From: Myxococcota bacterium
GTDB taxonomy: Bacteria; Myxococcota_A; UBA9160; UBA4427
Length of the DNA stretch: 64,000 nt
Reading direction: 5' to 3'
Assembly (NCBI GenBank): GCA_036336835.1
Contig: JAYZFK010000040.1
Span: 1-64,000, forward strand
Notes under the pieces: model-generated
What the model saw: only the letters and a program-made list of their open reading frames with translations
Databases searched by the model: none
Told to the model about the DNA's origin: nothing
Translations under genes and position numbers: made by a program
Part shown: one piece after another, positions 1-10,078 of the stretch
How the letters are laid out: every line of letters begins with the position of its first letter
Numbering within the stretch: the first letter of the stretch is position 1

Positions 1-863
1 CAGCCCGAGCCGTCCACCCGGCTGCAACATCAGGTACCACGGCCCCAGAACGGGAACCGCCGGGTCCGTGCGACGAGGACGATTCGAGGCAACCTGACGA
101 GCTGCTTCCGGCATTGGAAACGCATCTTCGGGTCGTGAACCTCTGTGTGGTGCGTACGTAATCAAGCGGTCCTGGGGCTCGCAACGGCCTGTTGCCAACA
201 TCACAAGATCTTCGCAACTCGCCCCAGTCCGATCGGCGCACCGCGCGACGCTCCGCGGCGGCAAGCCGAGCCGACCGGCGAAGTCGGATGGGGGGTACAA
301 GCCGCGCTTCGAACGGACCTACGAGTACGGTGGTTATGGCAGGTCCTCGCGAGAGCAGCGCGGCGAAAATTCTTTGAAGCGCAGCGTGGCTTTGTTCGCG
401 TGACGAATCAGCGGACCGGCAGGAGTCCTCTGTCGAGCGGACGATCGCCAGCGAGCCAGCGCGTCTCCGTCCGCAGCTGCCGCGAAAACGTCTGCGTAAA
501 GTTTCGTACGAAGCGGTGCATCGAGATGCGCAACGACACGAAGCAGCGTCGTCGAAAGCGGATGAGCGGAATAAGCCGCGACTCGAAGTCAGGCGCGCGA
601 GACCCTTCGGCCCACTTGCAAAGCTTTCGTTAAGCCGGCGCGATGGGGATTGCATGGCGCGTCAAGACGGGCGAAATACGCACCCGCGAAAGCGAGTCGC
701 AAGTAGAGGCAGCGTTTCGAATAACCCGTCCGCAGATGAATCGGATGACATGACAAAGGGGAACCCCGTGGCACGCAGAAAACTCTCGATCCTGTCGGGC
801 GCCGCAAGCCGCAGTTTCGGCGCACCAACGTCAGCGTCCTCCGGGGCGCAATCCGCTCTCCTC

Positions 864-2303
864 ATGGACGCGTCCGGTTCGCGTCCGGCCGGGCTGCGCG
901 GCGTGCGAGGCCGCCTGGGCCGGATCGTACTCAGCGCTCTCGCGCTGGGCCTGCTGGTGGCGCCGAGCGGGGCGAACGCCCAGACCGAACGAATCCTGCT
1001 GGTGGGAGACAGTTGGCTTTCCCAGTCGTGCGACGACGGCGTGTTCGACACTGCGCTGGCCAACAAGGGGTTCTTTCAACAAAGCAGCGTGTGTGCGGCG
1101 ACGACCATTCCCGGCTCGACCGCAGCCCAGTGGGCTTCAACGAACCTCGGTTTGATTACCACCGAGCTGACCAGCAACCCCACAGTGGACATTGTTCATC
1201 TTTCCATGGGAGGGAACGACGCTGCCATCTATGCGGGACAGGGCCAGACCCCGGAGCAGTATGTTCCGATTATCCTGGCCGACATCCAGATCGTTGTCGA
1301 TCACATCTTGAGTATTCGTCCATCGGCACGCATCAGCATCTGGCCCTACGACTACACGCTCGTCTCCAACAATCTTGGGATCGGCTACCTGGCGCAGGAG
1401 CTGATCAACCTCGCGGCCCTGACGCCGGGGTTTTTCGTCCTGAATACAGCCGGGGTACTCCATCACACCTTTGGTTTTCCGTTGGGTAGTCCTGCCTTCA
1501 ACCCTGGGGACACGCCACTGCCCGGAAGCTATCCGAACTACGCCCCTCTGCTGGGTGGCGATCCGAACCAACAGGCAGACCCGGTCACTTTTCGAGATGC
1601 CGTCCACCCGACCGAGGCTTCGTACATCGCCCTCGCCGAGTTCGGCATCGATGAGTTCTACGCGAGCTGGATCGACGCAGTTTGCGGAAACGGCATCGAT
1701 GATGACGGCGATGGCGATATCGACTACCCCGATGACGCAGAGTGCACGAGCCTCGGTGACGGGTCGGAACTCGCAGACTGTCAGGATGGGCTCGACAACG
1801 ACGGCGATGGTGATTTCGATTATCCCGACGATGCCGGATGCTCGAGCCCCAGCGACCTGACCGAAGTGCTCGACTGTAGCGACGGCATCGACAACGATGG
1901 CGACGGCTACACGGACTATGGGGTTGGCAACGATTATGGCTGTAGCTCGCTCAGTGATGACTCGGAGCTCGATCCGGCCAATCAATGCGACGACGGCATC
2001 GATAACGATGGCGACGGCTTCTTCGATGCAGACGACCCGCCTTGCGCCGTGCATGGCCTCGGTCTCCAGATCGAAGATCCTGCGTGCCAGGACGGTGTCG
2101 ACAACGATGGGGATGGCTTCATCGATTTCGACGGCGCCGCCATGCTGAACGGTGGGGTTCCACTCGCCATGGCGGACCCGCATTGCTCCGGCCCGTGGAG
2201 GAACACCGAGGTCGCCCAAGGCGGCACCAGCTGTGGTCTCGGCGCCGAGCTGGGACTGTTGATCCCGATGCTGATGTTCTTCCGCAGGAAGTTTGCGCTC
2301 TAA
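864..2303 (+). CDS. Secreted SGNH/GDSL hydrolase with five Cys/Asp-rich Ca-binding repeats and a C-terminal sorting-type tail
   Basis: Signal peptide (RLGRIVLSALALGLLVAPSGANA-Q); SGNH blocks LVGDSW, MGGND, DAVHP; five CxxGxD(N/D)DGDGxxD...C repeats; tail SCGLGAELGLLIPMLMFFRRK. Start uncertain (in-frame ATG at 864 or 750; ORF open from 516). Confidence 0.85.
   Translation: MDASGSRPAGLRGVRGRLGRIVLSALALGLLVAPSGANAQTERILLVGDSWLSQSCDDGVFDTALANKGFFQQSSVCAATTIPGSTAAQWASTNLGLITTELTSNPTVDIVHLSMGGNDAAIYAGQGQTPEQYVPIILADIQIVVDHILSIRPSARISIWPYDYTLVSNNLGIGYLAQELINLAALTPGFFVLNTAGVLHHTFGFPLGSPAFNPGDTPLPGSYPNYAPLLGGDPNQQADPVTFRDAVHPTEASYIALAEFGIDEFYASWIDAVCGNGIDDDGDGDIDYPDDAECTSLGDGSELADCQDGLDNDGDGDFDYPDDAGCSSPSDLTEVLDCSDGIDNDGDGYTDYGVGNDYGCSSLSDDSELDPANQCDDGIDNDGDGFFDADDPPCAVHGLGLQIEDPACQDGVDNDGDGFIDFDGAAMLNGGVPLAMADPHCSGPWRNTEVAQGGTSCGLGAELGLLIPMLMFFRRKFAL
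1683..2186 (+). repeat. Five intragenic CxxGxD(N/D)DGDGxxD...C repeats
   Basis: CGNGIDDDGDGDID, CQDGLDNDGDGDFD, CSDGIDNDGDGYTD, CDDGIDNDGDGFFD, CQDGVDNDGDGFID in the translation. Confidence 0.9.
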
Positions 2304-2308
2304 GTAGA

Positions 2309-2350
2309 ACCCCCATCGAAGGCCTAACGGCTTTCGATGGGGGTGTTTAC
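2309..2350 (+). terminator. Intrinsic terminator-like hairpin
   Basis: ACCCCCATCGAAGGCC-TAAC-GGCTTTCGATGGGGGT is a 16-bp stem (one G:U) with a 4-nt loop, 5 nt after the TAA; only a short GTTT tail. Confidence 0.75.
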
Positions 2351-2473
2351 ATTCGAGGCACGCACCCTGCCTTGCCAGGCTGACCTGGCGGTGCGGAAGA
2401 GTCCGCCTGCGGATCGGTATCTTGCCCTGACTCCCCAGGAGGCCCGAAGCAACTGCGGTACGATGGCCGCCCG

Positions 2474-4396
2474 ATGCCGGAGCCCCGCCCGCTCGAAGCT
2501 TCCTGCAGGCTGATCGAGCCCGTCATACTCGAGCTCGAACGGCGCGGCGTGGACATCGACGAGCTGTCCTCCGGGCTCGCATTTCCCGTTGCGCACCTGC
2601 GCGACGGCTCCCGCTGGATCGACTGGGCCACCGTCTGTGAGATGGCGCGCAGGGTCGAGACCATCGTGCCGCGGGACGAGGCCTATGCCGTCGGCCTGCG
2701 GACTCTGGATACACCGGCCTATCGCTATGTCGGTACGGCACTGCGGACCTTCCTCAACGTCAAACGCGCCTACTCCTGGAGCTATCGCCCGACTGGGGTG
2801 ATGAGCCGCTTCTACACCTGCCTGACGACCGACGTGCGCGAAGTGGCCCCTCGAGTTCTCGAGATCGACGTGCGCATGAAGCCCGGCTACCCCGTCTGTC
2901 CGTTCTTCCAGGAGGTCGTTCGCGGCCACATCGCGGCCGTGTCGATCATCATGGGGCGAGGCGCCCCGACCGTGACCTGCGAGGAGCTGCCCGATGGGAC
3001 TCGCTATACCGCGGAGCTGCCCGCCGGTCCGGACCGCGGCTGGTGGCTGCGCCGGCTCCTGTCGCTACCGCGGACCACGCTTTCAGCAGCGGAAGGCCTG
3101 CTCGAGTCCCAGGGCGCCGAGCAGCAGCGGCTCCGAGAGCTGGAAGCCGAGGTACGTCGCAGGACGGAAGTCGAGATCCGATTGCGCACCCAGATCCGGG
3201 AGCGAGAGCGCGCCGAATCCGCCCGGGCCGATCTCGAGCGGCAGCTGCAACAGGCCCGGCGTCTGGAAAGCCTCGGGCTTCTGGCTGGGGGCGTCGCCCA
3301 CGACTTCAACAACTTGCTAGTCGTCATCCTCGGCCACGCGGACCTTGCCCTGACGCGCGACACCGAGATGGCGGCGGACAGCGTGGCGCAGATCATCAAA
3401 GCAGCGGAGAAGGCAACAGACATCACCCGGCAACTGCTGGCGTTCGGCCGCAGGCAGGTCCTGCAGCCGGTGGCACTCGACCTGGCGGAGGTGGTTGCCG
3501 ACATGAACGGGCTGCTGCGGCAGCTGTTCGACGAGAGCGTCGACTTCACCGTACATGCCGGCTCGAAGCTGGGGGCCGTGAGGGCGGACGCCGCCCAGTT
3601 GGAGCAGGTTCTGATGAACCTCTGCGTCAACGCCCGGGATGCCATGCCCGAAGGGGGCCAGCTCAGCATCGAGCTTCAGGAGGTGAAGATCGACGTCGAC
3701 ACCGCCAAGGTCGATACCTGGGCGCGGCCCGGTCGCTTCGTCTTGCTGCGCGTCTCGGATACCGGCGTTGGAATCGATTCCGAGAACCTCGAACGCATTT
3801 TCGATCCTTTCTTCAGTACGAAATCGCAGGGGGCGAACAGTGGGTTGGGGCTGAGCGTGGTGATCGGCATCGTCTCTCAACATCAAGGATTCCTGCAGGT
3901 GGAAAGCGAGGTCGGCAAGGGAACGTCGATCAAGGTCTACCTTCCGATCTCGGAGACTGCCGCTGCTCCGGTGCGACGCGTGGTCAGCGAGAGCCCTGGG
4001 GAAGGGGGCGACGAGACCATCCTATTGGTGGAGGACGAGCAGCAGGTGAGGGAGCTCAGCGAGGAGGTCCTGGTCAATGCGGGCTACCGGGTGTTGCCCG
4101 TGAGTACCGGGGAAGCCGCCATCCGGCTGTTTCGCGAGCGCTCGGGCGAGATTGATTTGCTGCTGCTGGACGTGGTGCTGCCCGGCTGCTCGGGGCGCGA
4201 CGTTCACGAGGCAGCGCTGGAGATTCGACCGGGCGTGGCAGCGCTGTACACCAGTGGGCACTCCCCTCGAGGGATCCACACCGGCTTCATGCTCGACGAA
4301 GGGCTCGAGCTCTTGCAGAAGCCCTATGGACCGGACGCATTGTTGCGCCGCGTCCGGAGCAGCCTCGACAACCGTCCGAGTCAGCCGGCGCGCTAG
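2474..4396 (+). CDS. Soluble hybrid sensor histidine kinase/response regulator
   Basis: H-box AGGVAHDFNNLL, N-box NLCVNARDAM, DTGVGI, FDPFFSTK, GLGLS; C-terminal receiver ILLVEDE...LLLLDVVLP...QKPY. Confidence 0.95.
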   Translation: MPEPRPLEASCRLIEPVILELERRGVDIDELSSGLAFPVAHLRDGSRWIDWATVCEMARRVETIVPRDEAYAVGLRTLDTPAYRYVGTALRTFLNVKRAYSWSYRPTGVMSRFYTCLTTDVREVAPRVLEIDVRMKPGYPVCPFFQEVVRGHIAAVSIIMGRGAPTVTCEELPDGTRYTAELPAGPDRGWWLRRLLSLPRTTLSAAEGLLESQGAEQQRLRELEAEVRRRTEVEIRLRTQIRERERAESARADLERQLQQARRLESLGLLAGGVAHDFNNLLVVILGHADLALTRDTEMAADSVAQIIKAAEKATDITRQLLAFGRRQVLQPVALDLAEVVADMNGLLRQLFDESVDFTVHAGSKLGAVRADAAQLEQVLMNLCVNARDAMPEGGQLSIELQEVKIDVDTAKVDTWARPGRFVLLRVSDTGVGIDSENLERIFDPFFSTKSQGANSGLGLSVVIGIVSQHQGFLQVESEVGKGTSIKVYLPISETAAAPVRRVVSESPGEGGDETILLVEDEQQVRELSEEVLVNAGYRVLPVSTGEAAIRLFRERSGEIDLLLLDVVLPGCSGRDVHEAALEIRPGVAALYTSGHSPRGIHTGFMLDEGLELLQKPYGPDALLRRVRSSLDNRPSQPAR

Positions 4397-4434
4397 CCTC
4401 TGCTTGCACTTCCAGCCCGCAATCAGAGGACGCG

Positions 4435-4848
4435 ATGACGAACAAGGAAGCGGTCGAGATCTTCTTCACCACCCTGTGGACGGATCCGGAGCGGGCGCGT
4501 TCCGTCTGCACGGAGGACGTCACCTGGATCACCACGCGCTCGATGCCGATCCCGGGCAACGAGGGGACGATCCACCACGTGGGCTGGCAGGCCGTGAAGA
4601 ACGTCGCCGACAGCGGGAAGGATCTCGACACCGGCTACATCCCGGAGACGATCTCCTACCCGAACCAGCTCTTCCTCGACGCCGAGGACGATCACGTCGT
4701 CTACCAGTTCACCATGCAGTGCAAGACCAAGGCCGGGAAGGACTACCTCAACGACTACCTGTTTCTCGTCAAGCTGAAGGACGGGAAGCTCTGGCGCTTC
4801 CAGGAGTACTGGGATTCGAAGCAGGCCGCCGAGCTGCTGTTCGGCTAG
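4435..4848 (+). CDS. NTF2/SnoaL-like (ketosteroid isomerase-like) protein
   Basis: 137 aa; TEDVTW, AEDDHVV, GKDYLNDYLFLVKLKDGKLWRFQEYWDS; GAGGA RBS. Confidence 0.85.
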   Translation: MTNKEAVEIFFTTLWTDPERARSVCTEDVTWITTRSMPIPGNEGTIHHVGWQAVKNVADSGKDLDTGYIPETISYPNQLFLDAEDDHVVYQFTMQCKTKAGKDYLNDYLFLVKLKDGKLWRFQEYWDSKQAAELLFG

Positions 4849-5043
4849 CCGCGCGGTGCGACCGCGTCGCGGGCCCTCCCCGCTCGACCATCCGACGAGA
4901 GGACAGGCTCGCGGGCACGTCTGATGCCCCCTTGCTAGTGTCGAGTCCCGAGAACGATTCGGCTCGGACCCCGCCGCGCCGGGTGATCCGCCGCTGCTCC
5001 GTCCGCCGCGCGGGTGCCGGTCGCGGGACTTGCCGAGGGAGCG

Positions 5044-6399
5044 ATGGTCGAGCGCAGAGCCGGGACCGTGGCCTCTCCCCGCGTCGCACGAATCGTCGCC
5101 CTCGTCCGGAACGCGGCGCTGGCTGCGCTGGCGCTCTACTTCCTGGCACAGCTCGCGTACGCGGTTCAGCACACCGACCGCTACTTCCACGACGGCTACC
5201 GCCTGGCCCGCTACTACGCGTTTCCGCTACTGATGGCCGTGCTGCTGGGCGCGGCGCTGTGGCGCGGCAGCGACACGCTCAAGTCCGGGCTGGCGAGCTA
5301 CGGCGTGGTGATCCTGGCAGGCCTGCTCATCTACGAGCTGATGCCCACGTTCGTGGCGCTGAGCCGCACGCCCCGGTCGATCGTCGACGTGGTGCTCGAG
5401 CGCCAGGCGGCCGGCGAGCGCGTGCTGCCGGCATTCACCCTGAGCGCGGCCAACCGCTGGGCGGGGGTCGCGACGCGCGAGGCCGCGGTGCTCTCCAACG
5501 TGCCCGAGGTGGAGACCGTCCTGTGCAGCGACGACGGGCGCTGGATCAGCTTCCGCGCCGATCGCGACGGCTTCAACAATCCCCGTCGCGTCGCGCGCCC
5601 AAAGCTCGCAGTGCTCGGAGACTCGTACATCCACGGCTACTGCCTGCCGACCGAGCAGACCATCGTGGGACAGCTCGACCAGCGGATCCCCGGAACGCTG
5701 GGCTTCGGAGTGCAGGGTAACGGACCGCTCTACGAGCTCGAGACGCTCGAATACTATCTGCCCGCGCTCGAGCCTCCGCACGTGGTGTGGGCGTTCTTCG
5801 AGGGCAACGATCTCTCGGACCTCGAGCTCGAGAGCCAGCTGCCCTGGCTGCTCGAGGCGCTCGACGCCCCGGCGATCGGCTACCCGCGTCCGGAGAAGCA
5901 GCGCTCGATGGAGGCGGTCGTCGCCCATCTCGAGGCCCAGCTCGACGAGCTTCGGCCCGTGGTACCGATCGAGTGGAACCGGGCGTTCGCGCTACTGCGC
6001 ACGTCGCAGGCGCTCGGGCTGCACTACGGGCGGGCGGGCGGCCGCCTCGATCTCTTCGAGCGGATCCTGGTGCGCGCGCAGCGCGAGGTGAGATCCTGGG
6101 GCGGCACGCTCCACCTGCTCTACCTGCCCGAGCTCGATCGCTACACGGGACTCCTCCCCCACGCGGGCGCAATGGACGCAAGCAAGTCGCTCGTGACGCA
6201 GATCACCGATCGGCTCGCGATCCCGCTGATCGACGCCGCGCGCGCCTTCGATGCGCAGCCCGATCCGCTCGCCCTGTTCAACCTGAGCCACACGCACTAC
6301 ACGGCCGAAGGCGCCCGGGTCGTCGCCGAGACGGTGGCTGCGGCGCTCGGCTACCCGCCGGCGTCCGCGGCGGGGCCCCAGGCCACAGCGTCGCCCTGA
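5044..6399 (+). CDS. Membrane-anchored SGNH protein (AlgX/AlgJ-like polysaccharide O-acyl-modifying)
   Basis: Three N-terminal hydrophobic segments; DRDGFNNP, VLGDSYIHG, FFEGNDL, HTHYTAEG. Start ATG 5044 after GGGAG (ORF open from 5014). Confidence 0.75.
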   Translation: MVERRAGTVASPRVARIVALVRNAALAALALYFLAQLAYAVQHTDRYFHDGYRLARYYAFPLLMAVLLGAALWRGSDTLKSGLASYGVVILAGLLIYELMPTFVALSRTPRSIVDVVLERQAAGERVLPAFTLSAANRWAGVATREAAVLSNVPEVETVLCSDDGRWISFRADRDGFNNPRRVARPKLAVLGDSYIHGYCLPTEQTIVGQLDQRIPGTLGFGVQGNGPLYELETLEYYLPALEPPHVVWAFFEGNDLSDLELESQLPWLLEALDAPAIGYPRPEKQRSMEAVVAHLEAQLDELRPVVPIEWNRAFALLRTSQALGLHYGRAGGRLDLFERILVRAQREVRSWGGTLHLLYLPELDRYTGLLPHAGAMDASKSLVTQITDRLAIPLIDAARAFDAQPDPLALFNLSHTHYTAEGARVVAETVAAALGYPPASAAGPQATASP

Positions 6400-8276
6400 A
6401 CACGCCCGGCGAGCGGCCCACGGGTGCGCTCCAGCACGTAGAGGACCGTGGGAACCCAGATCCGTTTGATCCGGCTCCAGTAGATGCGCGTGTCGAAGCG
6501 CGCGATCGGGCGCAGCAGCCCCTCCGCGACGGCCGCATCGATGACGCCCATCATCTGTGCGCCGCCTACGTCGGGGCTCCAGTCGCGATCCTCGTAGACC
6601 AGGTAGTCGAACTCGCGCTCGGCGAACACGCGGTCGAGGTCCTCGGCCGACGCCACGGCCAACCAGTCGACCTCGCCGCTCAGGCTCGGGTCGGCCTGCC
6701 GCACGACGCGATCGATGTGGTACGAGTAGCTCGAGGAGACGACGATCAGGTGGCGCGATTCGGTTGGCGTGACGCGGTTGATCCACTGGTGCGCCTCCCA
6801 GAACGGCGTGAAGGTGTGGTACGCGGCGAGGTTGCCAGTCGCCACATAGCGGAGCCCGTCGTAGGAGTACCAGGCCGCGAGCCCCAGGGCCCCGGCCAGG
6901 GCAGTGGCGAGGGCGGCGCGGATGCCGTGGCGCAGCAAGCGGATCTGCGACCACTGCGTCAGGATGGGCGCCCAGGCCGCGACCACCCACACCGTCAGGT
7001 AGGTGCCGTAGCGCGCGTAGAGGACCGGCTGGGCGAGGGCCCAGATCACCAGATAGGCCGCCACCAGGAAGACGAGTGAGCGCACCACGGGCGAGAGGCG
7101 CACGAAGAGCGCAACGCCCAGCAGACCGAACGCCAGGATCGGGACGGGCTGGCCCTCGGGATTGAGCAGGAAGTGCCAGGCCGCCCCGAGTAGCGCGCCG
7201 GGGGCGTAAGAGCCGTGCTGCGCGCTCATGTACGCGTCGGCCGCGCGGTCCGCGTACACCTCGAGCCCGTTGATCGTCTTGATGAGCAGCGGCCAGACGG
7301 GGTTCTCGAACACGAACAGGTTGCGGATGTAGTACGGCGCGCTCAGCAAGCCTGCCCCGATCGCTCCCAGACCGAAGGCGCTGAGCGTGCGCCGATCGAG
7401 ACGACGGCGCACCGCAAGCCAGAGCACCAGCAGGCTCACCGTGAGCCCGATGATCACGGCCTGGTAGCGGGCCTGAGTGCCGGTCCAGGCCACGAAGCCG
7501 AGCAGCGCGAGTCGGCGCACGTCGGGCTTCGGAAGCTCCGCCAACAGCGCCACCACGGCGACCATCGCGAAGTGGACGTGCATGTCGACATAGGCCGTCG
7601 TCGCCGACTTGAGCACCCAGGGCTGGAAGGCGAAGACGCCACACAGCGCCGCGGCGATGCCGCGCCCGGCGCCGAGCTGGCGCATCACGTCGAAGGCCAG
7701 GCCCACGGCGATCACCAGCAGGGCCAGGTTCAGCTGGTGCGCGCCCTCCGGGAGGCCCAGGTACTCGAAGGGCAGGTAGTTGATCGACCAGCCGAACGGC
7801 AGCGCGTGGTTGATGTGGAGGAGCGGCTCCCAGCTGCCCTCGAGGTCGATCAGCCGGATGTGGGCCAGGTGGTAGCGAAGCACGTCCGCGTCGCGCGGCG
7901 GCGGCAGCGAGAGCGCCCAGTAGAGAAGCATCCAGGCGACGACGGCTCCGATCACCCAGCGCTGGCCGCCGCACAGCTGGCGGTAGCGCTCGAGCAGGTA
8001 GCGGAAGTGCCCGGCCGTGGCGCGGCCGCGCAGGAGGATCGCAATGGCGCAGGCTGTGGCCACCACGAGCATGCCGGCGTGGGCCCAGCCGGCCCAGGCG
8101 AAGAGCGCGTGGGCGAAGCCGGTGAAGGTGATCCCCGCCAGGATCGCCACCGGGAGCGCGATCCGGGGCTCGGGCTCGCGCGCGACGAGGACCGAGCCGA
8201 GCGCGGCCCAGGCGAAGACCTGCAGCCACGCCAACGCCGTCGCGAGCACGCCGCTCCCAATCGCCTCCCACGCCAT
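6351..8276 (-). CDS. Polytopic membrane protein, probable GT-C fold glycosyltransferase
   Basis: Many TM segments; loop PPPRDADVLRYHL, AYVD, PYYIRNLFVFENPVWP, ARY motifs; soluble C-terminal domain. Confidence 0.7.
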   Translation of the reverse strand: MAWEAIGSGVLATALAWLQVFAWAALGSVLVAREPEPRIALPVAILAGITFTGFAHALFAWAGWAHAGMLVVATACAIAILLRGRATAGHFRYLLERYRQLCGGQRWVIGAVVAWMLLYWALSLPPPRDADVLRYHLAHIRLIDLEGSWEPLLHINHALPFGWSINYLPFEYLGLPEGAHQLNLALLVIAVGLAFDVMRQLGAGRGIAAALCGVFAFQPWVLKSATTAYVDMHVHFAMVAVVALLAELPKPDVRRLALLGFVAWTGTQARYQAVIIGLTVSLLVLWLAVRRRLDRRTLSAFGLGAIGAGLLSAPYYIRNLFVFENPVWPLLIKTINGLEVYADRAADAYMSAQHGSYAPGALLGAAWHFLLNPEGQPVPILAFGLLGVALFVRLSPVVRSLVFLVAAYLVIWALAQPVLYARYGTYLTVWVVAAWAPILTQWSQIRLLRHGIRAALATALAGALGLAAWYSYDGLRYVATGNLAAYHTFTPFWEAHQWINRVTPTESRHLIVVSSSYSYHIDRVVRQADPSLSGEVDWLAVASAEDLDRVFAEREFDYLVYEDRDWSPDVGGAQMMGVIDAAVAEGLLRPIARFDTRIYWSRIKRIWVPTVLYVLERTRGPLAGRVQGDAVAWGPAADAGG

Positions 8277-8451
8277 CCGCTATTCCTCGCTGCCCCCTCT
8301 GTGCGACGGGGATCGGGGGCTGGTCGATCCGATCGGTCGCTTCCGCCGCCCGCGTGGCATCGGCGCGGCGACCGTACGGAGCAGCGCATCATCCCACAGC
8401 CAGCGACGCTGCGACAACGGGCGACAGCAGGGGGCCGCTCGGTTTTTCTCT

Positions 8452-10026
8452 ATGCTAGAGCGCGAGTCCTGGACCCCCGAAGAAGCGAGGGCCGGCGCCT
8501 TGCGCGCAACCGAACACCCGATCACGCCCGAGCTCGAGGTGGAACTCCTCGAGGACATCCTGCGACAGCATCGCGAGCAGGGCGAAGCCTTCCCCCGGAT
8601 CGCCCTGTTCCTGTTCGGCGGGTCGGACGCGGAGACGCTGCGCAAGACCATCGAGGCGCTTCCCGAGGAGCTCGACGCGTGCCTAGAGGAGGTCGTGCTG
8701 GTGCCGGACGGCGTGCCGGAGGACTCGACCCCGCCCCTGCGCGAGCTCGCGGGTCGGCGACAGCTCGAGCTGCGGGTCCACCGCATGCCGCGGACGGCCG
8801 GTTACGGTGGCGCCCGCAAGTCGGTCTTCGAGTACGTGCTGATGCGAGGCGTCGACCTGGCGGTAACGATGCGCGGCGACGGACTCCATCCACCGGAGAG
8901 ACTCGTGGCCCTGCTGCACGCGGCTCTCGCCCGGCCGGACAGCCTGGTGCTGGCCACTCGGCTCATGCACTCCGGGGAGTCGGACTCTCCGCTCCCCCAT
9001 CGTCTCGCCCACGCGGGGGCGACGGCGATCCAGAACCGCCTGCTCGGCCTGCGGCTCGGCGACTACCATTCGGGCTTCCGGGTGTACTCCGCCCGCACAC
9101 TTCGCTGCATCCCCTTCCAGCTCAACGCAGACGATCGGGGCTTCGACATGCAGACGGTGATCCAGTGCCGGGCCCTGGGCGCACCGGTTCACGAGGTCTG
9201 GGTGCCACCGACCTGGAAGGAGTACCCGTCGAGTCCTCGCGGGCTCTTCAACGTCATGCGTTTCACGGCGGCCGCATTCGACTACCGCCTGCACCAGCTC
9301 CATCTGACCCGACGCGGCCGCTACTTCGTCGACCCGGACGTCCACTACACCCTCAAGCAGAGCCGCACCGGATCGCACATGCAGATCGTCGAGGCCATCG
9401 AGCCCGGCAGCCGGGTGCTCGACCTCGGCTGCTCCCACGGGCTGCTGGCACAGCCGCTGCACGAGAAGGACGTGCGGGTCACGGGAGTCGATGTCCTGGG
9501 ACCGCAGAGCCCCACGGAAGCGATGGAGGAGTTCTTCGAGCGCGATCTGGAGCAACCGCTGGAGCTGCCGACGGGCCGGGTCTTCGACTACGTGGTGTGC
9601 TCGGACGTGATCGAGCACCTGCGGAGCCGAACCGAGCTCCTGCGCAGCGTCCGTCGCTACCTCAAGCCCGGGGGGCGGCTGCTGATCTCGACCCCCAACG
9701 TCGCGCTGTGGTTCTATCGCCTGTCGCTCCTGGTCGGACGCTTCGAGTACGGCCCGCGCGGCGTCCTCGACGAGACCCACGTCCACCTCTACACCCGCGC
9801 GACCTTCGTACGCGCCGTGGAGAAGGCGGGCTTTCGCATCCTGAAAGAACGGGTCACCGCGCTCCCCTTCGAGGTCGTGTTCGAATCGACGGGCCGCAGT
9901 CGGCTGGTGCGCGGGCTGGCCGGCGCGTACCACCTGCTGGCCCGCCTCTGGCCGGAGTTGTTCGCCTACCAGATCCTGCTGGAGGCCGAGATCACGACTC
10001 TCGACGAGGAATCCACCGCCCGCTGA
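8452..10026 (+). CDS. Bifunctional GT2 glycosyltransferase / class I SAM methyltransferase
   Basis: GYGGARK, GDG, DYHSGFRVYS (DPM-synthase-like GT2) fused to VLDLGCSHG, FDYVVCSDVIEHL, LKPGGRLLISTPN, GVLDETH. Start ATG 8452 avoids overlap with the divergent gene. Confidence 0.88.
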   Translation: MLERESWTPEEARAGALRATEHPITPELEVELLEDILRQHREQGEAFPRIALFLFGGSDAETLRKTIEALPEELDACLEEVVLVPDGVPEDSTPPLRELAGRRQLELRVHRMPRTAGYGGARKSVFEYVLMRGVDLAVTMRGDGLHPPERLVALLHAALARPDSLVLATRLMHSGESDSPLPHRLAHAGATAIQNRLLGLRLGDYHSGFRVYSARTLRCIPFQLNADDRGFDMQTVIQCRALGAPVHEVWVPPTWKEYPSSPRGLFNVMRFTAAAFDYRLHQLHLTRRGRYFVDPDVHYTLKQSRTGSHMQIVEAIEPGSRVLDLGCSHGLLAQPLHEKDVRVTGVDVLGPQSPTEAMEEFFERDLEQPLELPTGRVFDYVVCSDVIEHLRSRTELLRSVRRYLKPGGRLLISTPNVALWFYRLSLLVGRFEYGPRGVLDETHVHLYTRATFVRAVEKAGFRILKERVTALPFEVVFESTGRSRLVRGLAGAYHLLARLWPELFAYQILLEAEITTLDEESTAR

Positions 10027-10078
10027 GGCACGTGCCTCACACTGCGCGCCGCGGCGCCCTCCGCTGCAGGCGCGCGGG

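Noticed and set aside
665..730. c-di-GMP-I riboswitch-like GCGAAAGC...CGCAAG
   Set aside because: The second stem with its tetraloop-receptor motif and the P1 pairing could not be found.
1..860. Short ORFs at the window start
   Set aside because: No recognisable motifs or RBS; treated as intergenic or unresolved.
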